DNA from: a virus
Taxonomy: Duplodnaviria > Caudoviricetes
Virus record (IMG/VR): IMGVR_UViG_3300026299_000092
Location: 1-38,393 of that record
Direction: 5' to 3' (one strand)
Length of the DNA: 38,393 bases
The notes under the pieces are model-generated. The model made no database searches and was not told where the DNA came from. It saw nothing but the letters and a program-made list of their open reading frames with translations. The position numbers and the translations under genes are program-made. Shown piece by piece: positions 24,453-33,779 of the stretch; position 1 is the stretch's first letter; the number at the start of each line of letters is the position of its first letter.

Positions 24453-25391
24453 ATGCCGAGTTTCTGGCGCTTGCAGGCCCTGCTGGCCAAGATCGAAACG
24501 GTCTACGGGACCGACCCGACGCCCACCGGCGCCGCCAATGCCATTCTGGCGGAGGACGTGCGCGTCATGCCGATGGAGGGGCAGGACGTCACCCGCGGGT
24601 TCGAGCGGCCCTATATGGGCGCCCGTCCCACCATCGCGGCGGGGTTGCATGCCAAGATCAGCTTCAAGGTCGAGGTCAAAGGCTCCGGCACAGCGGGCAC
24701 CGTCCCGGCCATCGGGGTGCTGCTGCGGTCCTGCGCCATGGCCGAAACCATCGTCGCAGCGACGTCGGTCACCTACAACCCGGTCTCGTCGGCCCATGAA
24801 AGCTGCACGATCTACTTCGTGAATGACGGCACGAACTATCTGTTCAAAGGCGCCCGCGGCACCTTCAAATACGTCATGTCCGCCCAGGGCGTGGTCTATC
24901 TGGAGTTCGAGTTCACCGGGCTCTTCACCCAGCCCGCTGCGCTGGCCATGCCGACGGCGACCTACGGCACCCAGCTGACCCAGATGCCCCAGGTGGCGAG
25001 CAGCGCCAATACGCCGACCTTTACCATCGGCGCCGTGGCCGCTGTCCTGCGGTCCTTCTCCCTGGATGCCGGCAACAAGGTGACGCCGCGCATGCTGGTC
25101 CGGTCGGAAAGCATCCTGATCACCGATCGCAGCGAGATGATCGACATGCAGATCGAGGCGGTGCCGCTGGCGACCTACAACCCGTTCAGCCTTGCCGCTG
25201 CCGGTACCGCGCAGGCCATCAGCCTGATCCACGGCACCGGGGCGGGCAAGATCTGCACGTTGTCGGTTCCTGCCGCACAGGTGCAGCGCCCCACCGGGCT
25301 GGCCGAACAGGACGGCATCACCGAATGGCCGCTGAAGTTCGTGCCCGTGCCCACCTCGGGCAACGACCAGTTCACCATCGCCTTTACCTGA
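24453..25391 (+). CDS. Major tail (tube) protein
   Basis: LLAKIE..YG.DP.PT, L.SC.MAE, GARGT, F.FTGLF, GND...I.F; AAGGAGG RBS. Confidence 0.88.
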   Translation: MPSFWRLQALLAKIETVYGTDPTPTGAANAILAEDVRVMPMEGQDVTRGFERPYMGARPTIAAGLHAKISFKVEVKGSGTAGTVPAIGVLLRSCAMAETIVAATSVTYNPVSSAHESCTIYFVNDGTNYLFKGARGTFKYVMSAQGVVYLEFEFTGLFTQPAALAMPTATYGTQLTQMPQVASSANTPTFTIGAVAAVLRSFSLDAGNKVTPRMLVRSESILITDRSEMIDMQIEAVPLATYNPFSLAAAGTAQAISLIHGTGAGKICTLSVPAAQVQRPTGLAEQDGITEWPLKFVPVPTSGNDQFTIAFT

Positions 25392-25405
25392 CCGGAGTCC
25401 GCACC

Positions 25406-25744
25406 ATGAAGATCGTCAAAAACCGCCAGTTCAAAGCCAAGGTCACCGTCGATTTCCCGGCTGATGACGGTGCCGTCGAAACCCAGAGCTTCACGGCGAC
25501 GTTTCGGGCTCTGTCGGTGCCTGAGATCGCCGAACACAAGTTGTTGGACACGGCCGGGCAGGATGCCTTTTTGAAAGCTGTGCTGATCGGCTGGGATGGG
25601 CTGACCGATGACCGCGACGGTGAAGAGGTGCCGCTGATCTTCAGCCCCGAGGCGATGACCATGGTGCTGAGCGATCTCTTTGTCCGCCGCGCGGTGATCG
25701 ACACCTATCAGGCCCAACTCATGGGCGCCAAGCGGGGAAACTGA
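25406..25744 (+). CDS. Tail assembly chaperone (gpG-like)
   Basis: Between tube and tape measure; LIGWDG..D..G...FS; ends KRGN at a slippery site. Confidence 0.85.
   Translation: MKIVKNRQFKAKVTVDFPADDGAVETQSFTATFRALSVPEIAEHKLLDTAGQDAFLKAVLIGWDGLTDDRDGEEVPLIFSPEAMTMVLSDLFVRRAVIDTYQAQLMGAKRGN
25735..25741 (+). other. Programmed -1 ribosomal frameshift site G GGA AAC
   Basis: X XXY YYZ heptamer in the correct phase just before the stop. The -1 frame is open to 26103. Confidence 0.85.
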
Positions 25745-26103
25745 CCGCCGCCGGGCGGGTCTGGGCGCGCGGCGACCGTGGCGGAAGCCGCGACCTTTCC
25801 CGCGCCAAGGAGGACGCCGCCCGGATGAGGCTCGTGCTGCAACTGGAAGAGGCGGCGGAAGACGAGGGTCTCTGGGCCGACCATCTGCCCGCATGGACCG
25901 CCTGGTGCGCGGTGTCGGGCCAGTGGCGGACGCAGGCGCTCTCCAGCCTCGAGGCGACCCGGCTCTTGTGGCTCGGCCTCGACTACACCGCCGCCCGCGC
26001 CGGGCTTGATCTGGCGGGCATCGAGATGACCCCCGGCCTGTGGGCCGAGGTTCGCGACATCGAATCCGGGGCAATAGAGGAGCTTAACGCCCGTGGCCGG
26101 TAA
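25741..26103 (+). CDS. Tail assembly chaperone frameshift extension (gpGT, DUF1799-like)
   Basis: QWR...GLDYTA...IE..A motif; in the -1 frame relative to the chaperone. Confidence 0.85.
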   Translation: MTAAGRVWARGDRGGSRDLSRAKEDAARMRLVLQLEEAAEDEGLWADHLPAWTAWCAVSGQWRTQALSSLEATRLLWLGLDYTAARAGLDLAGIEMTPGLWAEVRDIESGAIEELNARGR

Positions 26104-29100
26104 CCTGCGCGTCAGCATGCTGTTTGAGGCCGATACCGGTCGGGCGCGCTCTGCCATTGCCGGGCTGCGCGGCGAGACGGATCAGCTTGGCGCTGCCGTG
26201 GCCAAGGCCGGTCAGGTTGCGAGGACCGGCGGCGCAGGCATCACCGCCGCCGGAGAGGCCAGTGAGGCGACGACACGCGACTTTCTGCGCGCGGTCACAG
26301 CCACGCAGTCCCTTGACGCGGTGGTCGGCAAGCTGGGCGCCTCCATGTCGCGGATCGGCCCTTCGACGTTTCTGGGCACGCTTGCCGCTCTTGGCGATGC
26401 CTCGCTCGGGATCGACGAAATCGCGGCGGATTTCCGGCAAGCGACCGACGAGGCCCGGCTCTATCAGTCCGTCCTCGATCAGGTGCGGGCCAAATATGAT
26501 CCGCTCTTTGCTGCCTCTCAGCGCTATGAGATGGAGCTGCGCGACATCGCCGAAGCCGAGCGTATGGGGGCACTCTCCGCGATTGGTGCATCCCAGGCCC
26601 GGGAGCGGGCGGCGCAAGCCATGGCGCCGGGGCTGCGGCAGCTCGGGCAATCGGCTCAAGCTGCAAATTCCCATCTGGCCAACCTCGGTTTCCAGGCGAA
26701 CGACATCTTCATGATGATGGCTGCTGGCCAGAACCCGATGATGCTGGCGATCCAGCAGGGCACTCAGGTCAGCCAGGTCTTCGGGATGATGCGCAAGGAA
26801 GGGCAGGCCCTTGGCCCCGCGATCCGGTCTGCGCTGATGGGCATGGTCAGCCCGATGTCCCTGGTCACCATGGGGGCGATTGCACTTGGCGCATTCGCGG
26901 TGCAGTCGCTGATGTCGATGGGTTCCGAGGCGAAGTCGGCTGAAGACGCGGTCACCGACATGACCGGCTCTGTTCGGGAGTTCGGGAGCCAGTCGAAGCG
27001 CACCGCAGCAGATATCGTTTCCGACTTCGGCGCGATCAACCCGGTGCTGGTCGAGATGCAGCGCAATCTGACCGCGTTGGCGCAGACCCGGTCTTTGCTG
27101 GATTTGCGGCAGACCTTTCAATCGCTGAGGGGTGAACTTTCCGGTGATTATTTCAACACCGGCTCGCAAGAAATCGCCGATCTGCTGGGCGTTGATGCCT
27201 ATCGCCGCGATAGACCCTCCAAGGTTGCTTCAGCCCCGGTTGCCGCATTCCAGCGCGAACTGAAAGCACTTCAGACAGCAGAGGGCCCGTCCTCCCAGCT
27301 TGAAGTGGTCCGTCGGCTGGAGCAGCAGTTGGTCGCCGCGGCTGGCGGAATCGACCAGATGAACGCCGCCCAGTTGACCTATTACGATTCCCTGATTGCG
27401 ACCGAAAGCGCGATTGAGCGGATCGTCGCGGCGCAGGCACAAGCGCAGCGTCAGGCCATTGACCTCGCCCGCGCCACAGGCACCGAAAACACCCGGATGG
27501 GTGGCCCGACCGTTGTCGATGTCGCCAAGCCGAGCGACCCGGGCAAGGGGTTTCAGGACGCCCGCGATCTGCTGGCGGCGGGACGCGAGGAAGTAGAGCT
27601 GGCGCGCCTGAAGCTTGCTTATGGCGAGCAGTCTGCCGAAGTCCGTGCCGAAGAGGCGCGTCAGGCGAATGCAGCGGTCGAGGCGAAGATCCGCGAACTG
27701 GGCATCGGGCGAGACAGCTTGCAGGCCCAGCAGATGCGTGGGCAGGAGGCGATACGCCAGGCACTGGCCGAGGCTGCGCGCATCGCTGCCGCGCGGACCG
27801 CCGCCGACCAGATGCTGGCGCAGCATCAGCAGGAGGCCCGCATCGTCGAGCTGACGGCCAGATGGGGGGCTGACAGCCTGGAAGTGGCCTATGCCCGTGC
27901 GGCGGCCGAGCGGCAGGTCTACGAAGCGCAACTCGCTGCCCAGGGGATCAGCGGCGAGCTTGCGGATGATCTCATGGATGCCTGGGACGCGGCGCGCGGT
28001 GTGGCTGCGATCAACATGGCGGCGGGAATCGCGGCGGCGGCCGGACAGGCGATGCTCTTGGCGCAAAACCTTGGCATCTCCCTGCGGAACGCGGCCGCGA
28101 TCGCCAATGTCGGGCTGACGGTCTCGGACGGATCGGTGGTCAAGCCGGGCGGAACTCCCGCCAAACCGGGCGGGTTGAGTTTTGGTGGTGTCGGCTCGGT
28201 CGGCAACCTTGGTGTCGGCGGCGGCTTCACGTTCGGTGACAACCCCGGCTCCGGTAATTCGGTCAGCCTCCCGACCGCAGGCGCTTCCGGTGCCGGCAAA
28301 GCCGGAGGCGGAGGCGGCGCGAAGAAGGAGGCCGATGCCTACGCCCAGCTTTACGCAGAACTTAACCGACAGATTGAAGCGCTGCGCGTATTGGATCCGG
28401 TCCAGGAGGAAATCCTGAAGAACCACGAGGCGCTGAAGGATGCATCCGACCGTGAGAAGGAGAGTGTCGCCGACCTGATCGCGGAACGGATGCGGCTGGA
28501 GGAAGTCCGCGACCGGCTGGATCAGATCGGTGAGACCGGGCGCAACGCGTTTCAGCAGCTTCTCAGCGGCGCCACCTCGTTCGGCGGGGCCTTGGCGATG
28601 GTGCTGGATAAGCTGGCCGAGATGCTGGCCTCGGATGCCTGGGACATGATCTGGGGTGGCGGCGGGCTGAACCTGGGCGGCTTGCTCGGCAGCCTGTTTG
28701 GGCTTGGCGGCGGCGGTGGGACGGGTTGGGCCGGACTGCCGATGCCGTTTGCCGATGGTGGTCGGGTGCCGGGCGTGGGCGGGCCGCGCGAAGATAACAT
28801 CCCGGCCTGGTTGTCGGTCGATGAGTTCGTGGTCAATGCTCCGGCCGCCCGTCGCGCCATGCCGCTCCTCGAGGCGATCAACGCCGGGGTGCCGGTTGAT
28901 CGGCTTGTCGATCTGATCGGCAGCCGCCGTCCGGGCTTTGCCGATGGCGGTCTGGTCGGCTCCAGCGCCCCGCGCGGATGGCGTATGGCACCCGACAGCC
29001 GCAGCGCCGGTTCTGGCCCGGCCTCGACCGGCGGCGCTGGCGGCAAGATGCAGCTCGATATCCGGATCGGCATGGACCGCGACCGCAATTGGCAGGCAGC

Positions 29101-29224
29101 GGTGCGCGACATTGCCACCGACACCTCGATCGAAGTGTCGCAGGTGGTGGTCGATGAGTGGAGCCGTCAGGCGCTGCCCGGCCGGGTGGCCGAGATCGAC
29201 AGCCACCCGCGCGTGAGGGGGTGA
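26093..29224 (+). CDS. Tail tape measure protein
   Basis: 1043 aa, Ala-rich helical; lambda-type motif NLGFQ.NDI.......QNP...AIQQG.Q; C-terminal FADGG...G.GGPR.D.IPAWLS..EFVVNA. Confidence 0.95.
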   Translation: MAGNLRVSMLFEADTGRARSAIAGLRGETDQLGAAVAKAGQVARTGGAGITAAGEASEATTRDFLRAVTATQSLDAVVGKLGASMSRIGPSTFLGTLAALGDASLGIDEIAADFRQATDEARLYQSVLDQVRAKYDPLFAASQRYEMELRDIAEAERMGALSAIGASQARERAAQAMAPGLRQLGQSAQAANSHLANLGFQANDIFMMMAAGQNPMMLAIQQGTQVSQVFGMMRKEGQALGPAIRSALMGMVSPMSLVTMGAIALGAFAVQSLMSMGSEAKSAEDAVTDMTGSVREFGSQSKRTAADIVSDFGAINPVLVEMQRNLTALAQTRSLLDLRQTFQSLRGELSGDYFNTGSQEIADLLGVDAYRRDRPSKVASAPVAAFQRELKALQTAEGPSSQLEVVRRLEQQLVAAAGGIDQMNAAQLTYYDSLIATESAIERIVAAQAQAQRQAIDLARATGTENTRMGGPTVVDVAKPSDPGKGFQDARDLLAAGREEVELARLKLAYGEQSAEVRAEEARQANAAVEAKIRELGIGRDSLQAQQMRGQEAIRQALAEAARIAAARTAADQMLAQHQQEARIVELTARWGADSLEVAYARAAAERQVYEAQLAAQGISGELADDLMDAWDAARGVAAINMAAGIAAAAGQAMLLAQNLGISLRNAAAIANVGLTVSDGSVVKPGGTPAKPGGLSFGGVGSVGNLGVGGGFTFGDNPGSGNSVSLPTAGASGAGKAGGGGGAKKEADAYAQLYAELNRQIEALRVLDPVQEEILKNHEALKDASDREKESVADLIAERMRLEEVRDRLDQIGETGRNAFQQLLSGATSFGGALAMVLDKLAEMLASDAWDMIWGGGGLNLGGLLGSLFGLGGGGGTGWAGLPMPFADGGRVPGVGGPREDNIPAWLSVDEFVVNAPAARRAMPLLEAINAGVPVDRLVDLIGSRRPGFADGGLVGSSAPRGWRMAPDSRSAGSGPASTGGAGGKMQLDIRIGMDRDRNWQAAVRDIATDTSIEVSQVVVDEWSRQALPGRVAEIDSHPRVRG

Positions 29225-29225
29225 G

Positions 29226-29882
29226 ATGGCTGTCCTGACCTTCCCGCTGACCCTTGCACAGTTCTACGACCTCCTGCCCATCGGCAAAGCGGAACTGGAC
29301 CTGCCCGAGGCTCTGGACGTGAGCCAGACCACCGGCGGCGAGGTGTTGACCGCAGATCTCGGAACATCGCTCTGGTCCGGCCGGATCGAACTTGGGGTGA
29401 TGACGCATGACGAGGTGTCGGCCATCCGGCCGCTGATCAACATCCTGCGCCGGGCAGGCACGTCCTTTCTCGTCTCCGACCCAACCCGGCCCTGGCCGCG
29501 GCTCGACCCGAAAGGCACGATTCTCGGCGCGGCAACTCCGACCATCCTCGCGGTCGGCGGCAGCATGCGGGAGTTGAGCCTGACAGGCCTTCCGGCCGCC
29601 TATCCGATCAGCCGGGGCGATCTGATCAGCTTCACCTATGGCAGTCCGACCCGATATGCGCTGCATGAGGTGGTGGCGGCGGCGGTTGCCAATGGCGCGG
29701 GCCAGACCGGGCTGATCGAGGTCAACCCGCCGATCCGGCCCGGTGCCGCTGCGGGCGCCGCAGTCCAGTTGGTCAGGCCGCGCTGCAAAGCCCGGCTCGT
29801 TCCCGGCGAAAACACGACCGGCATCACCTCCCACACCATCACGTCCGAGGCGCAGATCGCCTGGACCCAGACGCTGAGATAG
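29226..29882 (+). CDS. Distal tail protein-like
   Basis: Follows the tape measure, 218 aa, LTFPL...W.G...V.PP.R motifs. Confidence 0.75.
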   Translation: MAVLTFPLTLAQFYDLLPIGKAELDLPEALDVSQTTGGEVLTADLGTSLWSGRIELGVMTHDEVSAIRPLINILRRAGTSFLVSDPTRPWPRLDPKGTILGAATPTILAVGGSMRELSLTGLPAAYPISRGDLISFTYGSPTRYALHEVVAAAVANGAGQTGLIEVNPPIRPGAAAGAAVQLVRPRCKARLVPGENTTGITSHTITSEAQIAWTQTLR

Positions 29883-29884
29883 CG

Positions 29885-30559
29885 ATGCGCAGCTATGCCC
29901 CCGCAGAACTGACGCAGCTGCAGGCCCGCGACGGTCTGCGTCCGCGCCTGCTGGTCTGGATCGTTGCCCGCGACCGGACAACGGGGGCGCCGGAGCCGAC
30001 CGGGTTCTGGAACGGTTCCGACGACCAGGTGATCAACGTGGGCGGTGTTGACCGCACCTATCACGGCGCCGGTGGTCTTTTGGGCATGGACGATCTGGTG
30101 ATCGAAACCGGACTGACCGTGCGCCGGATTTCGGTCTGGCTGGCCACTGCCGCGCCCGAGGTGGTCGATGCCGCCATGGGCTATGATTTGCGGCTTGCCC
30201 CTGTGGAAATCCACCGGCTGCTGACCGATCCGATCAGCCACCTGCCGGTGGCCGCACCGCACCGGATCTGGAAGGGCTGGGTTGATGGGGCCCCACGCAC
30301 CGTCCCCGCCAAGGGGCTGAGTGCGGGCCGGATCACCCTGACCGTCGCCTCGGCCGCCATGGCGCTGACCCGGGGGCTGACCGCGAAATACTCGGACGCC
30401 GCCATGCGCCAGCGCGGCAGCGACGACCGGCTGTTTCGCTATGCCGATGTCAGCGGCAAGGTGCCGGTCTACTGGGGCGAAAAGCGTTATGAGGCGCCCG
30501 CGCCGGGTGGCGGGTCCGGGTCGGGTCTCGGCGGCTGGAAATCCGGGGGGCACGCATGA
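29885..30559 (+). CDS. Tail hub/baseplate protein
   Basis: Position; G.W.G, Y.GAG.L, S.A..R.R..D..F.Y, WG motifs. Confidence 0.72.
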   Translation: MRSYAPAELTQLQARDGLRPRLLVWIVARDRTTGAPEPTGFWNGSDDQVINVGGVDRTYHGAGGLLGMDDLVIETGLTVRRISVWLATAAPEVVDAAMGYDLRLAPVEIHRLLTDPISHLPVAAPHRIWKGWVDGAPRTVPAKGLSAGRITLTVASAAMALTRGLTAKYSDAAMRQRGSDDRLFRYADVSGKVPVYWGEKRYEAPAPGGGSGSGLGGWKSGGHA

Positions 30560-30960
30560 GGCTCCCCGACTGGCGCAGCCGTCTGGCGGACTATGTCGCG
30601 GCGACGGCCCGGGCCCCGTATCGGCCGGGCCAGCATGACTGCATCCTCTTCGCGGCCGGGGGCCGGGCGGCGCTGACCGGCGTCGATGTGATGGCGGGCT
30701 GGCGGGGCCGTTACAGATCCGTTGAAGAGGGGCTTGAGCTGGCCCTTCAGCATGGGTGTTCGGACCCTTGGGCGCATGTGGTGAGCGGCCTCGAAGAGGT
30801 GCCCGTCGCCTATGGCGCGGTCGGCGACATCGCCCTGCTGGACGGGGCGGACGGCTTGCCCGCGATGGGCATTATCCAGGGCGAGATGATCTACACCGTG
30901 CATCCGCGCGGCGCCGCCCTTGTGCCGCTGACCGAAGCGCGGAGGGTCTGGCGGGTATGA
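30556..30960 (+). CDS. NlpC/P60-like tail protein (DUF6950-like)
   Basis: R.PDW..RL...P...G.HDC.LFAA....A.TG.D motif. Confidence 0.82.
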   Translation: MRLPDWRSRLADYVAATARAPYRPGQHDCILFAAGGRAALTGVDVMAGWRGRYRSVEEGLELALQHGCSDPWAHVVSGLEEVPVAYGAVGDIALLDGADGLPAMGIIQGEMIYTVHPRGAALVPLTEARRVWRV

Positions 30961-33329
30961 GGTGGTATCTTGCCCTCTGGCTTCTCGTTGCGCTGGCCAC
31001 CCCGGCAGAGGCGGGGCCGCTTGTGACGGCGATCGGCGGCCTGATCACGGCGGTCAAAGGGTTTGCAGCGATAAACGCCCTGACGGCATGGCTGGTCAGA
31101 ACCGTAGCCTCGGTCGCACTGTCGCGGCTGGCGATGGCGTTGCGCGGCACGCCGCGCCAGCCCGGCATCAAGACCGAGATGACCACCACCGGCGGCACCA
31201 CGCCGCAACGGATCATGCTCGGCCGCTATGCCACCGGCGGCCAGCTGATCGCCCCGCCGATGAGCTATGGCAGTGCTGGCAAGACGCCCCGGGCCTGGCT
31301 GGTCTACACCATTGCCCTCAGCGTGGTGCCGGGCTGCACGCTGGCCCGGGTGGTGATCAACGACGACTATGTCGCACTGGGCCCGGCTGACCCGAGCTGG
31401 GGCCGCCCGGTGACGGGCGATCTTGCAGGCGCCGCCTGGATCGACTTTCTCGACGGATCGCAGACCGCGGTGCATCCAGACCTGCTGGCCGCCTTTGCCG
31501 CCGACCCTGACCGGCCCTGGGCCAGCGACATGATCGGGCCGGGCACCGTCTACGCGGTCTGCCGGTTCAAATATGACCGCGAGCGCTTCAACGGGCTGCC
31601 GGCCTTGCGGTTCGAGATGCTGGGCATTCCGCTTTATGATCCGCGTGCGGACAGCACGGTGGGGGGCAGCGGCGCACAGCGCTGGTCCGATCCCGCAACC
31701 TGGACCCAGACCGAAAACCCGGTTGTCATGATCTACAACATCCTGCGCGGCATCGATGTCGGCGCAGGCATGATCTGGGGCGGCGAGTGCAGTGCCGATG
31801 ATCTGCCGCTGGCCAACTGGTTTGCCGCGATGACCGAATGCGACCTGCCCGTGGCGCTCGACGCCGGAGGCACCGAGGCCCAGTACCGCGCCGGAATCGA
31901 GATCGACCTCGACATGGAGCCTGCTGGCGTCATCGAGGAGCTGCTGAAGACCTGTTCCGGCTCCCTGGTCGAGGTTGGCGGCATCTGGAAGATCCGCGTC
32001 GGCGCCCCGGCGCTGCCGAGCTATTTCCTGACGGATGAGGACATCATCGCCAGCCAGGCGCAGGAGTTCGCGCCGTTTCCGGGTCTGGCCGACACCTATA
32101 ATGGCATCACGGCGACCTATCCCGAACCGGCCTCGCTCTGGGAGGCCAAGGATGCCCCGCCGCGTTTCTCTTCAAGCTGGGAAGCCGAGGACGGCGGCCG
32201 TCGCCTGGTTGCCAATCTCAGCCTGCCCGCCTGCCCGCATGGGATACAGGTGCAGCGGCTGATGACCTCCGCCATCGCCGATCACCGGCGGATGCGCAGC
32301 CATCGCCTGGTGCTGCCGCCCGAGGCCGCTGTTCTGGAGCCGCTGGAAACGGTCGGCTGGACCAGCGCCCGCTGGGGCTATTCGTCAAAGACCTTCGAGA
32401 TCACCTCGCTGACCGACAGCCTGATGTCGATGCTGCAGGGGCTGAGCCTGCGCGAGCGGGATGCGGCGGATTTCGCCTGGGAGGCGGCTGACGAGGTCGC
32501 CGTGCCGGCGCCTTCGACGACGACAACCCCGTCGACCCCGCAAGCGGTGCCCGGTTTCTCGGCTTCGCCCGAGCCCCTGGCGGACGGCGCTGCGATTGAC
32601 CGCCGCCCGGCAATACGGCTGACCTGGGATGCCGATGGTGCAGACGATGCGCGCGCGCTGTCTTGGGAGCTGCGTCTGGACGGCGGTGTCGGCGCCGTGC
32701 TGTCCGGCTCTCATGCCGATGTCGGCTCGGGCTACCTGGTGATTTCGGATGGTCTGATCCCGGCGCAGGCCTATGAGGCGCGGGCCATCTATCTTGTCGA
32801 TCGGGCAACGGATTGGTCCGATTGGGAACCCGTCACTGCGCCTTCGATCCTGATTTCAACGGTGGATGTGGCCGCTGGTGCGGTGGAGGCGCGGTTTGAC
32901 ACGGCGAGCGAGGCGACGCTCGACATCGCGACCGGAGCAACTGAGACGGTGGTCTTTGACCTGAGCCTACCCGCCACGTTTGTCGATTCAACCGGCGTTC
33001 CTGCGGTATTTACGATGACTGTTCGAGTGCGCAACGACGACACAGGCCGAACGAGGATCGCGTGCCGCCTGCGGGCGCTGACCGGCCCGGATGACCACCC
33101 GGATACCGGCGATTGGGAAAATCTCGGGGTGGAGTACATCTACCTGCGTGCCGCGTCCGACCAGGACATCGAATACAAGCAGGCGATCTGGATCATCGAC
33201 GACTTCGACTTCACGACTGCCAGCCGCCTGCAGATCGAAGCCTCCTATCTCACAAACGCCACCTACACCGGCACGGACACCGCTTTCGGCAAGCGGGTTT
33301 TCTCGGGCCGCCAGACCAAACGAGGTTGA
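30957..33329 (+). CDS. Tail tip / host specificity protein (gpJ-like)
   Basis: G.PLYDPR.DSTVGGSG.QRW.DP.TW..TENP, Y.EP...W, FN3-like C-terminal region. ATG at 30957 overlaps the upstream stop. Confidence 0.9.
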   Translation: MRWYLALWLLVALATPAEAGPLVTAIGGLITAVKGFAAINALTAWLVRTVASVALSRLAMALRGTPRQPGIKTEMTTTGGTTPQRIMLGRYATGGQLIAPPMSYGSAGKTPRAWLVYTIALSVVPGCTLARVVINDDYVALGPADPSWGRPVTGDLAGAAWIDFLDGSQTAVHPDLLAAFAADPDRPWASDMIGPGTVYAVCRFKYDRERFNGLPALRFEMLGIPLYDPRADSTVGGSGAQRWSDPATWTQTENPVVMIYNILRGIDVGAGMIWGGECSADDLPLANWFAAMTECDLPVALDAGGTEAQYRAGIEIDLDMEPAGVIEELLKTCSGSLVEVGGIWKIRVGAPALPSYFLTDEDIIASQAQEFAPFPGLADTYNGITATYPEPASLWEAKDAPPRFSSSWEAEDGGRRLVANLSLPACPHGIQVQRLMTSAIADHRRMRSHRLVLPPEAAVLEPLETVGWTSARWGYSSKTFEITSLTDSLMSMLQGLSLRERDAADFAWEAADEVAVPAPSTTTTPSTPQAVPGFSASPEPLADGAAIDRRPAIRLTWDADGADDARALSWELRLDGGVGAVLSGSHADVGSGYLVISDGLIPAQAYEARAIYLVDRATDWSDWEPVTAPSILISTVDVAAGAVEARFDTASEATLDIATGATETVVFDLSLPATFVDSTGVPAVFTMTVRVRNDDTGRTRIACRLRALTGPDDHPDTGDWENLGVEYIYLRAASDQDIEYKQAIWIIDDFDFTTASRLQIEASYLTNATYTGTDTAFGKRVFSGRQTKRG

Positions 33330-33331
33330 AG

Positions 33332-33778
33332 ATGATCCGCGCCCTTGTCGTCCTGCTCAGCTGCATCGGCCTGCCCGCTGTCGCTGGCCCTGACCGCCTG
33401 TCGGTCCTGCTGGGCGCGCAGCATCCAGGCGGCACGGGGTTTGAGAGCAGCACGCCCGGCCTGATCCTGACCTGGGAGGATCTCGCTGGCTTTGACCTCA
33501 GCATCGCGGCTTACAGCAACAGCTATGGCCGGGGATCGGTGGCCGCTCTGGCGGCGCTGCCAGTGATCCGCTGGCGGCGGGGCGAGGCGGCGTTGGTCGC
33601 TGGTCTGGCCTGGTATCCTCAGGACGGCCGTCGCTTTCCGGTGCATGTGGGTGACGTGGTGCCGTTGGCTGGGATCAGCCTGCGCCACGGTCGCGCCTTC
33701 GCGCTGATCCTGCCGGGTGATGGATCGACCACCGATGCAACCATTGCCTTCGGGCTGACCTTTCCGCTGGAGCGCTGA
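33332..33778 (+). CDS. Secreted putative outer-membrane beta-barrel protein (PagP-like)
   Basis: Signal peptide (..PAVA/G), H...F....PGL...Y.NSY...S pattern, amphipathic strands, C-terminal FGLTF. Confidence 0.6.
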   Translation: MIRALVVLLSCIGLPAVAGPDRLSVLLGAQHPGGTGFESSTPGLILTWEDLAGFDLSIAAYSNSYGRGSVAALAALPVIRWRRGEAALVAGLAWYPQDGRRFPVHVGDVVPLAGISLRHGRAFALILPGDGSTTDATIAFGLTFPLER

Positions 33779-33779
33779 C

